From the human T2T-CHM13v2.0 reference genome, Homo sapiens: 64,000 nucleotides of DNA. The first letter of the stretch is position 1; every line of letters starts with the position of its first letter. Below the pieces are notes generated by a model that saw only the letters and a program-made list of their open reading frames with translations, did not search any database and was not told the DNA's origin. Positions 25,141 to 35,335 of this stretch are shown one piece after another. The translations under genes and the position numbers were made by a program. The DNA is taken from the NCBI GenBank assembly GCA_009914755.4, contig CP068257.2, forward strand, positions 43,712,001-43,776,000, given 5' to 3'.

Positions 25141-26491
25141 TTCTACGCAGCTGCAGAAGATGAATGCATCTCCCTTCTACGCCTTCTGCTGTGGCGGCCG
25201 TGAGTGTTAACCCACTGCTTCTAAACCCGTGAAGCCTGTCATGTGACGCTGATGTCCTGTGACTCTGGTGGTCCCTACCCCCCAAGGCCTCCACACCCCC
25301 CTCTCTGTGCTGTGTTCTGTGGGCCACGGCCACCCCTCATCAGAGCAGCCCCCTGGGGATCCCTTCCAGTGGTTGGAAGCAAACACTTTCTATTTTCCTG
25401 TGTCTGGAAATGCTTGTATTTTGACTTCATTTTTACAGGATATTTTTCCTGGATATAAGATAGTTGGTTACTGAGCAATGACATAAATTACAATATTATT
25501 GACTTCAAGCCCAAAGGAAAAATGAATATACAGGAGTCCACGTTGATTTGATTAATGATTGAATATGTAAATTCATAAGAAGGGGCAACTCTTAACTACA
25601 GAAAAATTCCAATGGATAAATGTAAAAGGAATAAGGGAAATAGAAAATCATTGTTATGACATTACAGTAATAATTGCTGCTGTCACCACTGATAAATGCT
25701 AAAATTAGTGGACAGAATTTTAAGGAAAAACAGGATATTTACGTAACTCAACATAGCAGTTATTGCAGTGGCTGTAGCATGCGTCCTCACCCTCATTTAT
25801 CTCCCTGTTTCTAGGAGACGGAGCTTAATGTCACTCCCCTTGAGTGTGGACTGAATTTAGTGACTCAATTTCCAAGAATTGAGCAAGAAAAGGGAAAAAT
25901 AATAACTTTATGTTGGAGAAATGCACAGAGTTCACCTTGCCCAAGTGATCAAAGGTGACTTCACAGTGGTAAGTCAGGACAATACCCTGCACCCTGACGT
26001 GATGTCGTGAAAGGGCACTCGCGTACGTGGTATTCTCTCCACAAGTCCATAACCCACGGCAATTGTGAGTAAGCCTCAGACAAACCCCCACCGCGGGTCA
26101 CTCTCCGACATTGCTGGCAATCCTCTTCAAGAGTGTGCAGGTCATGAAAGGCCAGGACACACTGAGAAAGGGTCCCAGATGTGAGGAGACGAAGGAGATT
26201 TGACAGGAGAAGCATGATGGGATCCTGGAACAGAGCAAGAACGTTAGTGAAGAACAGGTGAAATGCTGCTAGAGCCTGTTGGTTCTTTGATAATAGCGTA
26301 CCAAAAACAATTTTTTAGTTTTGATAACTGTACCATGGTTATGTAATACATTAACACTGGGGAAGCTCAGTGAATATGTGGACTCTTGGACTATTTTTAT
26401 AACGCTTCTTGTGTAGAAGGTCTAAAATGATCTCAGAATACAAATTTAAATAAATTAATTTAATGCTCAAAACACCCTTGATTGGAACTTA

Positions 26492-26812
26492 CAGCTGGCC
26501 CTCTGTATTCGTGGGTTCAACCAATCACTAATTAAAAATATTGGAAACAAAAATTGCATCTGTACTGACCATATGCAGACTTTTTCTTGTTATTATTCCC
26601 TGAATAACACAGTATACCGACTCTTTACATAGCATTTACAGCACATTAGGTATTGTAAGTAACACAGAGATGATCTGAAGCATATGGGAGGGTGTGTGGA
26701 GGTGGTATGCAAACACTGCACCATTTTACAGCACGGACTTGAGCATCTGCAGATTTTGGCATCTCCGAGAGGTCCTGGGACCAATCCACTCTGGATACCA
26801 GGAGACAGCTGC
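26492..26812 (+). mobile_element. Non-autonomous TcMar-Tigger-type DNA transposon (MER44/46-like), ~320 bp
   Basis: The element cagctggccctctgtattcgtgggttcaaccaatcactaattaaaaatattggaaacaaaaattgcatctgtactgaccatatgcagactttttcttgttattattccctgaataacacagtat ... gcatctgcagattttggcatctccgagaggtcctgggaccaatccactctggatacc closely follows the Tigger-family MITE consensus. That consensus reads ggcccttcgtatccgtggg ... gggacttgagcatccgcggattttggtatccgcggggggtcctggaaccaatcccc. Confidence 0.6.
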
Positions 26813-27013
26813 ATTTTCTCTCTAAACTTTGTAACGGTCTCATTCCATTGTCTCCCAGCCTCCATCATCTCCTTGGGAAAGTTAGCTTAAGTTTTGTTTT
26901 CCTTTGAAAGAAGTTGCCTTTTTTCCCGTTTTTAAAATTTTGTCTTTAGCTTTCAGCAATCTGACTGTGATATGCATAGGTGTATTTTTCTTTGTATATT
27001 TGTCTTGAACTTG

Positions 27014-27105
27014 TCTGGGTGAGCTCACACACTGGGGTTGGCTGCGGGTGACTCAGCACCTGGGCGAGCTCACACACTGGGGTTTGCTGCGGGTGATCAG
27101 CACCA
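27014..27105. repeat. 45-bp tandem duplication, 2 copies
   Basis: The unit ctggg(t/c)gagctcacacactggggtt(g/t)gctgcgggtga(ct)cagcac appears twice. Confidence 0.7.
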
Positions 27106-29419
27106 GTGCACACACACCTCCATCCCCCATCAGACTAGCCTGGGCATGGTCTAATGGTGGTGGCAGAGGCACTGCAGGGAACAAGTCCAGCCACACAGCC
27201 TCACTTCTGAAGCCTGGGCCTGGGCCATGTTTGCTGACACCCCTTTGGCCAAAGAGAGTCACTAGGCTGTATCATCATCAGAGCCTGGGGTGTCCCAAGT
27301 CACACAGCAAAGGTGGGACCCAGAGAGTGGGAGCATGAGCCACCAGTAAAATCTATGCACCAGATTCACTGCCAGTGAGAGGCCCATCCACTACTGCCTG
27401 CCGCAGGCCAGGGGGCATCAGGGAGCACATGAATACTTAATACTCATTTGGACTGACGGTGCAGAAGCTTCTGTGCCCCTTATCCTCTTAACACCCTCAG
27501 GAGGTGTGAAACACCCCCATTTTACAGAGAAGTAAAATCACTCACCCCCAGCACACACCAGGTTTGGGGCAGGGCCAGGGGCTGACCTAACAGTCATCTC
27601 TGGAGCTGCTTTGAGCTACTGCCATGTTCCATGGGGAATGTGGTAGATGGGCATTCCTGTCCCATGGACACCTCCGAGGTCACACGCCCAAGCTGGTCAG
27701 CTGAGAAATGCCATCACCCACCTCACCTAAGACCAGGGGTGATACCCTGCCAGCCCCCTGCCATCATCCTTTTCAAACTCAGACTCTTGACAGTAAAGCC
27801 CAGAAACCCTGGGTGGTCCCAAATAGAAGCTGCCCCTCAGCTATGGAGCTCTTGGCCTGAAGGCCAGGATCAGCAGCAGGGTCTGAGATGGGCCAGCCTC
27901 CTCAGAAACCCCTGCTTACTTCTCCCACCCAACTGAGACCAGCCCTGGGGTACAACCCTTAAGCTGGGTTTGGCTGTGGGCTCCTCCCCACGGGGGTCCC
28001 TCCTGATGAGGGGAGAGCTCAAGGTGGGGTTGCCACACTGTTCCATGAGCAAAGCCAGAGAAGCCCCCCCAGGACCCGTGGAGGTGCAGCTGGACCACAG
28101 CCAGGTGCTGCAGAGCCTGGGGGCTGGACTCCCCTGGGACGCAGGTGACCATCAGCCCAGTGCAGGCGCCGGCCCCTCCTGCAGAGAGTCCGTCCCAGGG
28201 TGGAAGCCAGGCTCCTTGGTGCCTCGGGTCCAATCAGCCCTCGTGGGGAAGGGGGACTGGATCAGGCAGCTCCAGGGGGAATTTGAGGGACCAAGAGGAT
28301 GTTGCCACTGGCTCAAGGGCAGGGCCTGCCCCTCCACCATGTCCAAGCACTGCCCAGAGCAGAGGAAAGCCCTGGAGGTGGATGCCGCCCAGAGGGACCC
28401 GCACAGCCCACACCAGGAGCTCTGGTGGAGGGAACAGAAGCAGACACCCGCATGGACACCACCCTCCTGCAGCGCTGCCCCCACCCCTGCCCCTCCCCTG
28501 CCTCCTCCCCACCCCTGCCTCCTCCCCTGCCCCTCCTCATCCCTAGCTGGGCTGCTGCAGTGGCTGATGACACTGTCCTGGCCTGGAGGAACAGAGACAC
28601 ATCCTGGAATTGTACGCTGGTCTCATTGTTGTGGCCCCTCTAGATCCCTGCACGGGGGTGTGGGCAGAGCCCACTGGGCTGTGCCGTTCTCTCCCCTTCC
28701 ACAGAGCCTGACCTTTCAGTAGCTGCAGACTTGTTCATGGTGGTTCCAGTGCCTGAACAGGGAGCACAGGAAAGCTGTGGGGCTGTGGGGGGCGGGGAGG
28801 GGAGGGGGCGTCTGTTGAAATGTTCTGTTCGAGATGGGAACTAAGTAACCTCCTTGGCCTGAAAATGGGCATTGGGAGGAAGCAGATTTGGGGACGGGGA
28901 TGTAAGGCTGGGAGGGGTCTGTGCGATCTCTGGGAAGCCATGAGGCTGGGCAAGATGGCCCAGGGAGTGATGAGGTGAATGGCAGAAGGGGCCAGGCACT
29001 GGGGTCTCCGACCCTATGAGGGGCATGGGAGATTGGCAGTGGGGTGTCAGGCGGGGGGTGGGAGAGCCAGGAGAAGCACATTCCAAGGACAGACAGAAAG
29101 AGGTCGGCTGACGGCCATGACTGGGAGGCTGGTGGGTGACTTGCTGGACAGACTTCAGCTGTGGGTGGGGCTGGGCATCTGACTGATGCCATGGGTGCAA
29201 GCAAAGGGCCGAGAGGAGCAGGACAGGACGGTGGGTGTCTGTCCTCCAGCACCACGCAGAGCAGGATGTGGGGAGGGAGGGAGGGGCTGGGTCTTCCTGA
29301 GTCCAGCGGCCGTAGCAGGGAGTGCACATATAGAGGAGGACACACTTGGGGATGCTGGATGGCGGGGACCATGGAGGCTCCCTCGATCTTCCTCATGGAA
29401 GGGGAGCTGAGGGTCAACC

Positions 29420-29685
29420 ACAGAGGTGGGGGAGGAGGAGGGACACTGCAGGCTGGGGGATGGAGGAGGGGGAGGAGGAGGGACACTGCAGGCTGGGGGG
29501 ATGGAGGAGGGGGAGGAGCAGGGACACTGCAGGCTGGGGGATGGAGGAGGGGGAGGAGCAGAGGCACTGCATTTGGGGAATGGAGGAGGGGCAGGAGCAG
29601 AGGCACTGCAGGCTGGGGGATGGAGGCAGGGAGGAGCAGAGGCACCGCAGGCTGGGGGGGATGGAGGAGGGTGCCCCATCTCTGC
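29420..29685. repeat. G-rich ~40-bp minisatellite, ~6.5 copies
   Basis: The unit gggacactgcaggctgggggatggaggagggggaggag(c/g)a repeats with periods of 40, 41, 41, 40 and 38 bp. Runs of three or more G make it quadruplex-prone on the + strand. Confidence 0.85.
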
Positions 29686-29877
29686 CAATCACTGGGGACC
29701 CATTCCCAAGTCCAGGGCTCTGCCTTGATGAGCCATGCTCCAAGCAATCCTCTCTGGGGCTTTTAGATGAAATATCTGAAGACCAGAGAAAGGGGCAGTG
29801 GGGAAGAGGTCTTTGCAGACCACTCCGGGGACAGGAGAGGAAGAGAAGAGTAGAGCACAGAGATGAGGGGGCATCCT

Positions 29878-30057
29878 GCGTGGAGGTGGCCTGGAGATGA
29901 TGGCCTGGAGGTGGCCTGGAGATGATGGCCTGGAGGTGGCCTGGAGATGATGGCCTGGAGGTGGCCTGGAGGCAGCCTGGAGGTGGCCTGGAGATGATGG
30001 CCTGGAGGTGGCCTGGAGAGGGCCTGGATATGATGGCCTAGAGATGGCCTGGAGATG
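29878..30057. repeat. 25-bp minisatellite (tggaggtggcctggagatgatggcc), ~7 copies, left flank of the NUMT
   Basis: Perfect and near-perfect 25-mers run from 29881 to 30057. Degenerate copies (gagggcctggatatgatggcctagagatggcctggagatggc) abut the NUMT. Confidence 0.85.
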
Positions 30058-30254
30058 GCAGGGAAATGCCACGTGGGGGGTACCAATTATTAAGGGGACT
30101 AGTCAATTGCCAAAGCCTCCGATTATGATGGGTATTACTATGAAAAAGATTATAACGAATGCATGGGCTGTGACGATGACGTCGTGGATGTGGTCATTAC
30201 CTAGAAGGTTGCCGGGTTGGCCTAGTTCAGCCCGAATAAGGAGGCTTAAAGCTG
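30058..30254 (-). pseudogene. MT-CO1: NUMT: nuclear insertion of a mitochondrial MT-CO1 fragment (~197 bp, ~88% identity, antisense to the mtDNA H-strand numbering)
   Basis: The window sequence gcagggaaatgccacgtggggggtaccaattattaaggggactagtcaattgccaaagcctccgattatgatgggtattactatgaaaaagattataacgaatgcatgggctgtgacgatgacgtcgtggatgtggtcattacctagaaggttgccgggttggcctagttcagcccgaataaggaggcttaaagctg is the reverse complement of the human COX1 5' region. That region reads CAGCTCTAAGCCTCCTTATTCGAGCCGAGCTGGGCCAGCCAGGCAACCTTCTAGGTAACGACCACATCTACAACGTTATCGTCACAGCCCATGCATTTGTAATAATCTTCTTCATAGTAATACCCATCATAATCGGAGGCTTTGGCAACTGACTAGTTCCCCTAATAATCGGTGCCCCCGATATGGCGTTTCCCCGC. The mtDNA sequence is recalled from memory, and the match corresponds to roughly nt 5990-6190 of the reference mtDNA. 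Confidence 0.85.
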
Positions 30255-30336
30255 GAGGTGGCCTGGAGATGATGGCTTAGAGATGGCCTGGACAGGCCTA
30301 GAGATGATAGCCTGGAGGTGGCCTGGAGGTGGCTCA
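30255..30336. repeat. 25-bp minisatellite continues on the right flank of the NUMT (degenerate, ~3 copies)
   Basis: The sequence gaggtggcctggagatgatggcttagagatggcctggacaggcctagagatgatagcctggaggtggcctggaggtgg continues the array. Confidence 0.8.
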
Positions 30337-32861
30337 TCCCCTGTTGCTGCATCCTCATGGCAGCCAGGGGTCTTTTGGAAGGCCTGGCCAGCCACTGCTG
30401 AGCCACTTCCCCCAGCTTCATCCCCTGTGACTCTGACAAGCCCCCACCAGCCACAGGGATGAGCAGACCCTGCCCAGGGACACCATCCAGCTGCCCATGT
30501 GGCCCTGAGTGCTGGCTTACCTGCCTGCCTATGTCTCTGGGGGTCCCTGTTGGGAGCCCCGGCTCCCCAGCAAGATTGGTCCTCTCCTGGGTGGGGGCTT
30601 CCGCAGCAGCTGGAGAGAAGGGGGAGCATTCCCCATTAATTGAACCTGGGCTGAGTTTCTGTGGGAGCTTTGCCCTGGGAACCCATGGTGGCCATAAAAC
30701 ACCAAACTCAGATGTTGCAAGAACCAAACTCAGAGCCCCTGTGACATCAGTGGAATGAGAGCGGGAAACCAGCCCCTGGGGAATCGGCCATGTTCTGCAG
30801 CAGAGGGAGGGCATGTGAGATCCAACTGAAGCCTCTTCTGCCTTCAGCAAAGGCTGCGGTGCAATCCTGCATTCTTGTTCAGGCAAATGTTTTCCTTGAA
30901 AAAACCTCTTGATGATGAAGCCGGTTTAACTGGTGTTGACCAATGGGGTGTCAGCTTTGAAGGATGACACTGGTCAGCCTAGGAGGTCTTGGTGGTGGAG
31001 GCCAGGGGTCCTACCCAGACCCCGGGGGACCTGGCTGCTGGGCATGTTGATGGCTCCCTTGTTCAACTGCACCCCCTCTGGGAGCAGCCCTTGGTGAAGA
31101 GGATTGTAATACATGACCCCAAAATATGCCACTTTTGCATAAGAATTATTTTGAGCTGAAGGCAATTCAGAAGCTACAGATTCAGGAAGAGCTCTCTACC
31201 CTCCTTTTTCGCCTAAAAGCAGGGCATACATTTCTCTGGGTAAAGGTGTTCCCCTCTCCAGTACCAGGCAGAGGAGAATGACTCTTAACTACGAAAAAGC
31301 CCCTACCAAACAACACTTACCTCCCATGCATTTTTTAATCACCACCAACAATCTACCACCCCTAGGAGCCCAAACCCCCTTTTTCCTTTGTCCTTCTCCA
31401 CAATTTATCACCCTTTGTTAAAATGGTATATAAGTCCCCGTGTCTCATCCCTTCTTTGGGTTTTTGCTTCTTGTCTGTGAAGCTTCCGTGCACATAACAT
31501 TCAAATTTAAATTTAATTTTCTGCTATCTTTTCTGCTGCAAATCTGCCTTTTGTCAGTTTAATTTGCAAACCTCAGGAACAGAACCTGAGGGGAGTGATA
31601 AAGGTTTTCCTCCCCTAAATAAGCCAATAGGGAAGGATACAGTGTATAAAGGTCCATAAGGCCCCTGCTCTTATGGGGGCTACTTGGAAGGGCTACCCCA
31701 GCCCCACAGTGCCCAGGGGTTGGCTGATACCATAAATCTCCTGGGAGAATCAACACTTTGGCCTTGTGTTTTTAAAAACACAGATATGAAAGCAGGTACT
31801 AGCACCACGCAGAGCCCTTCCTTAGAGCGCAGAGGGGCCATTTCTCCCATTATCGGATTCCAACCCCACTTGACAGGTGGGAAACAGCAGATAAAGGACT
31901 CCAGGATGGGGCTTCCCCAGGCCAGAGAAAAAACTCAACCACCCAAAAGTACAGAACCCACCCAGGCTCTGGAGGGGTCCACGGCTGAAAATCCCATCTT
32001 GGGACCTATGTTTTGGGAGGGGAAGAGTGGGGAGGATCATTTTCTCCTTCATTAATCACAGACACTTGGGTTTATTGTTGTCGACTTTCTCTGACATGTG
32101 TTGGAGCCAATATTTATTTGTTAAAGGAAAACCAGCAGTAAAACATTTGCTTTGTTACAAAATAAAAGCCACATTCCAGGGAAGTATACAAAGGGCTTCG
32201 CACACTGAGATGCCGCTCCCTGCCACGGGAGGCTGGACGACTGCACGGGAGAAAATTCCAGCCAGCCCCAGGCTCTTTGTGATTCTTCCTCTAAAGACTG
32301 AAAGGAAGAAGCAATCTTCATTAACAAACAAACAAACCAAAGAGGGGAGCCGACTCTTACTGAAACTTTAAACAGAACCACATGGACCCTCCCAGGCTAG
32401 TAATCCAAGTCTCCAATCCACTCACCCAGCCCTGGGGCAACTCGGGTTTCAAGCATAGAATTCTCTGTCACTTCCACCCAATACACAGGGACAAGGGCAC
32501 TGCCAGGCTGCTCCCTCCTGGGCCCTCTCTTTGCATGACAAGGCAGTTGTGGTCTGAGACCTGGAGGTCCCGCAAAGCCAGCTCTAGGAGGGCCTGACCC
32601 CAAACTCCTCCCCATCCCCGCAGTTCTCCCCCTGCCCTCCCAGCACCTCACCTTTCTTTGGGGCTGGCCAGGGAGGGAGGCCTTGGAGAAGCAGGCAGGT
32701 GAGGCCCTGGGTGACCTCTCAGGTGACAGGGAGGCACATTGCACTGCTGTGACCGTGCCACCGCCCTCCTCAGTGACTTACGTGTCAGGGAAAATACTGA
32801 GATTCCCCTGATTAGTCCTTTAGCCCAGGGATCACCAGGAACAGAGTCCCTAAACTGGAGG

Positions 32862-33110
32862 CCTGATTCTTTCTCATCACTGTCCAGAGCTGCTCTCACC
32901 AGGGCCACGGTGGCCCCGAGCCGCCTGATTCCTTCTCATCACTGTCCAGAGCCGCTCCCATCAGGGCCAAGGTGGCCCCGAGCCGCCTGATTCCTTCTCA
33001 TCATTGTCCAGAGCCGCTCCCATCAGGGCCAAGGTGGCCCCGAGCCGCCTGATTCCTTCTCATCATTGTCCAGAGCCGCTCCCATCAGGGCCACGGTGGC
33101 CCCGAGCCAG
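32862..33110. repeat. 62-bp minisatellite, 4 copies
   Basis: The unit cctgattccttctcatca(c/t)tgtccagagc(c/t)gctc(c/t)ca(c/t)cagggcca(c/a)ggtggccccgagccg starts at 32862, 32924, 32986 and 33048. Confidence 0.9.
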
Positions 33111-33789
33111 CCACAGGAACCCGTCCCACTCTCCTCGGAACCTCCTCCCCAGCCCCCTGGGTATCAGGCTTGGTTTGCACCTTTGTCTCTGCTGCTCCCT
33201 GGTCACAGCGCACGCCCTCCCCATCCGGGGTGCTGTCCCTGCTCCTTCTCTGAACTCCTCTGTCCAGGGGCTGACTTGATTTCCCTGATTGCACCTCCCT
33301 GAGCCCCTCAGATCCAAAAGACCTGAGCCAACCCCTCACCTCTGCCTTGATTCTGGCATCTGCTGGGCCCGCCCCCAGGAGCCACATTCACAGCCTTGGA
33401 CATCCATCCCCACCTTCATGCTGACAGATCCCTAAGGGAGGTAAGAAAACTGAGGCACGGGGTGGTCAAATGCCTCAGCCATCAACACCCCACTGGTGGA
33501 TGGGAAGCCAGGGTTTGAGCCCCGGTGAGCCCAGGTGAGCTGGCTCCAGAGCCACTTATCAACGGAGGCTCGAATGTCCCAATCTCAGCACAGGTGGTGA
33601 ATGCTATCACGGGGAAGACACCCCTTCCTCTTCCATTTCCTCTGTCTTGATTCAGCCTTCTGGCCAGTTAATGTCAGCGCCGTGGTGCCCATCCCAGAAC
33701 AGAAGCTCCTGCTGATGAATAATTTCCGGCCTCACCGTGACCCAGCCTCTCCCGTGTTTATCTGTATCTATCTGTCATCTACCCCCACC

Positions 33790-34580
33790 TTACACCCAGC
33801 GTCCGTCCATGCACACACGCTCACCTCGCACCCAGAGTCCGTCCGTGCACACACTCACCTTGCACCCAGAGTCCATCCATGCACACACGCTCATCTCTCA
33901 CCCAGCGTTGGTCCGTGCACACACGCTCACTTCGCACCCAGCATCCGTCCGTGCACACACGCTCACCTCGCACCCAGTGTCCATGCACACACACTCACCT
34001 CGCAACCAGCGTCCATCCATGCACACAGGCTCACCTCGCACCCAGCGTCCGTCCGTGCACACACGCTCACCTCGCACCCAGCGTCCGTCCGTGCACACAC
34101 GCTCACCTCGCACCCAGCGTCCGTCCGTGCACACACGCTCACCTCGCACCCAGCGTCCGTCCGTGCACACACGCTCACCTCGCACCCAGCGTCCGTCCGT
34201 GCACACGCTCACCTCGCACCCAGCGTCCGTCCGTGCACACGCTCACCTCGTACCCAGCGTCCGTCTGTGCACACATGCTCCCCTCGCACCGAGCGTCTGT
34301 CCGTGCACACGCTTACCTCACACCCAGCATCCATCTGTGCACACACGCTCCCCTCGCACCCAGCATCCGTGCACACGCTCACCTCGCACCCAGCATCTGT
34401 CCATGCACACACTCCCCTCGCACCTAGCGTCCGTCCATGCACATACTCACCTTGCACCCAGCATCCATCTGTGCACACACCCTCACCTCGCACCCAGCAT
34501 CTGTCCGTGCACACACGCTCACCTCACACACACTCCCCTCGCACCCAGCGTCCGTCGGTGCACACACGCTCACCTCCCGC
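33790..34580. repeat. 36-bp minisatellite, ~22 copies
   Basis: The unit cacccagcgtccgtccgtgcacacacgctcacctcg has a period of exactly 36 with copy variants. It contains no stop codon in any + frame, which accounts for the 485-aa, 302-aa and 182-aa ORFs overlapping it. Confidence 0.9.
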
Positions 34581-35250
34581 ACCTCCCGTGGAGGCGGCAT
34601 CCAGGCAGGGAAGCAAGGACACTCTGCGTCCATTCCTCTCTCTAAACACCAAGGCCCCCGCAATCCGAGGAATATATTTGACAGAAACAAGAAAAAAGGA
34701 TGAAAGTGGCCAAGACAAGCCGATCCCTTCTATCTGTTTTCAGGAACATGATTTTGTGGCCCCAAACTCCTTGAAGCCCGATGCTTCCACCTCCCTCCCA
34801 CTCCACTCTCCCCCGACACATCCGTCCAGCTCCCGTTCCTCTTGGGCACCCACCTCTGCCATCTCAGCAGGGTTCCCAGCACCCCCAGGCAAGGCCTGTG
34901 TGTGGCGCTTTACTGGGAGTGCGCTGGGGAAGAGGGAGGCATGGGCTGGAATAACCACAGAGACCGGCCCTGCACAGATAGCAGAAAGGGAAGGGGATGT
35001 GTTGCCCGGCCCACCTCGGCTCACGCAAGACGCTCGGACACTTGGAGACCTGGACTGAAGCAGCCTCCAGGGGAGGAGAGAGGGGTGCCGCTCACCACTG
35101 CCCCCTCCCAAGCCCAGCGTCTAGGTCTGGTTCACCCTCGCGAGGTCGCCTGGCCCATGTCTGGCTACCTGAGCTGGCCACTGCTGAGGCAAAGCCCACC
35201 CGGCTGCTGTTCTGGAAGTGGCTCTGGAAAGCCCAGCTCCTGTGGGTACA

Positions 35251-35335
35251 GGATCGCTGAGCGCCAGGCATGGGGGCCACAGCCAAGGCAGGATCGCTGA
35301 GCGCCAGGCATGGAGGCCACAGCCAAGGCAGCCGC
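35251..35335. repeat. 40-bp tandem duplication, 2 copies
   Basis: The unit ggatcgctgagcgccaggcatgg(g/a)ggccacagccaaggca occurs twice. Confidence 0.7.

Noticed and set aside
28716-29747. 343-aa proline-rich ORF on the minus strand
   Set aside because: It is the complement of the G-rich 40-bp minisatellite and of surrounding GC-rich DNA. It is repetitive (PPPPPSPSLQCP...) with no exon-like boundaries.
29878-30336. CRISPR-like appearance of the regularly spaced direct repeats
   Set aside because: This is eukaryotic (Alu-, L1- and MIR-containing) DNA. The repeats are contiguous head-to-tail minisatellites without unique spacers. No cas-like ORFs are present. The one unique insert between repeat copies is the mitochondrial COX1 fragment (NUMT).
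33601-35058. 485-aa ORF, the longest in the window, together with the overlapping 302-aa and 182-aa ORFs
   Set aside because: It lies entirely inside the 36-bp x~22 minisatellite, and the peptide is a perfect 12-aa periodic repeat. The unit happens to lack stop codons in all forward frames. There is no start context, no splice structure and no codon-usage signal.
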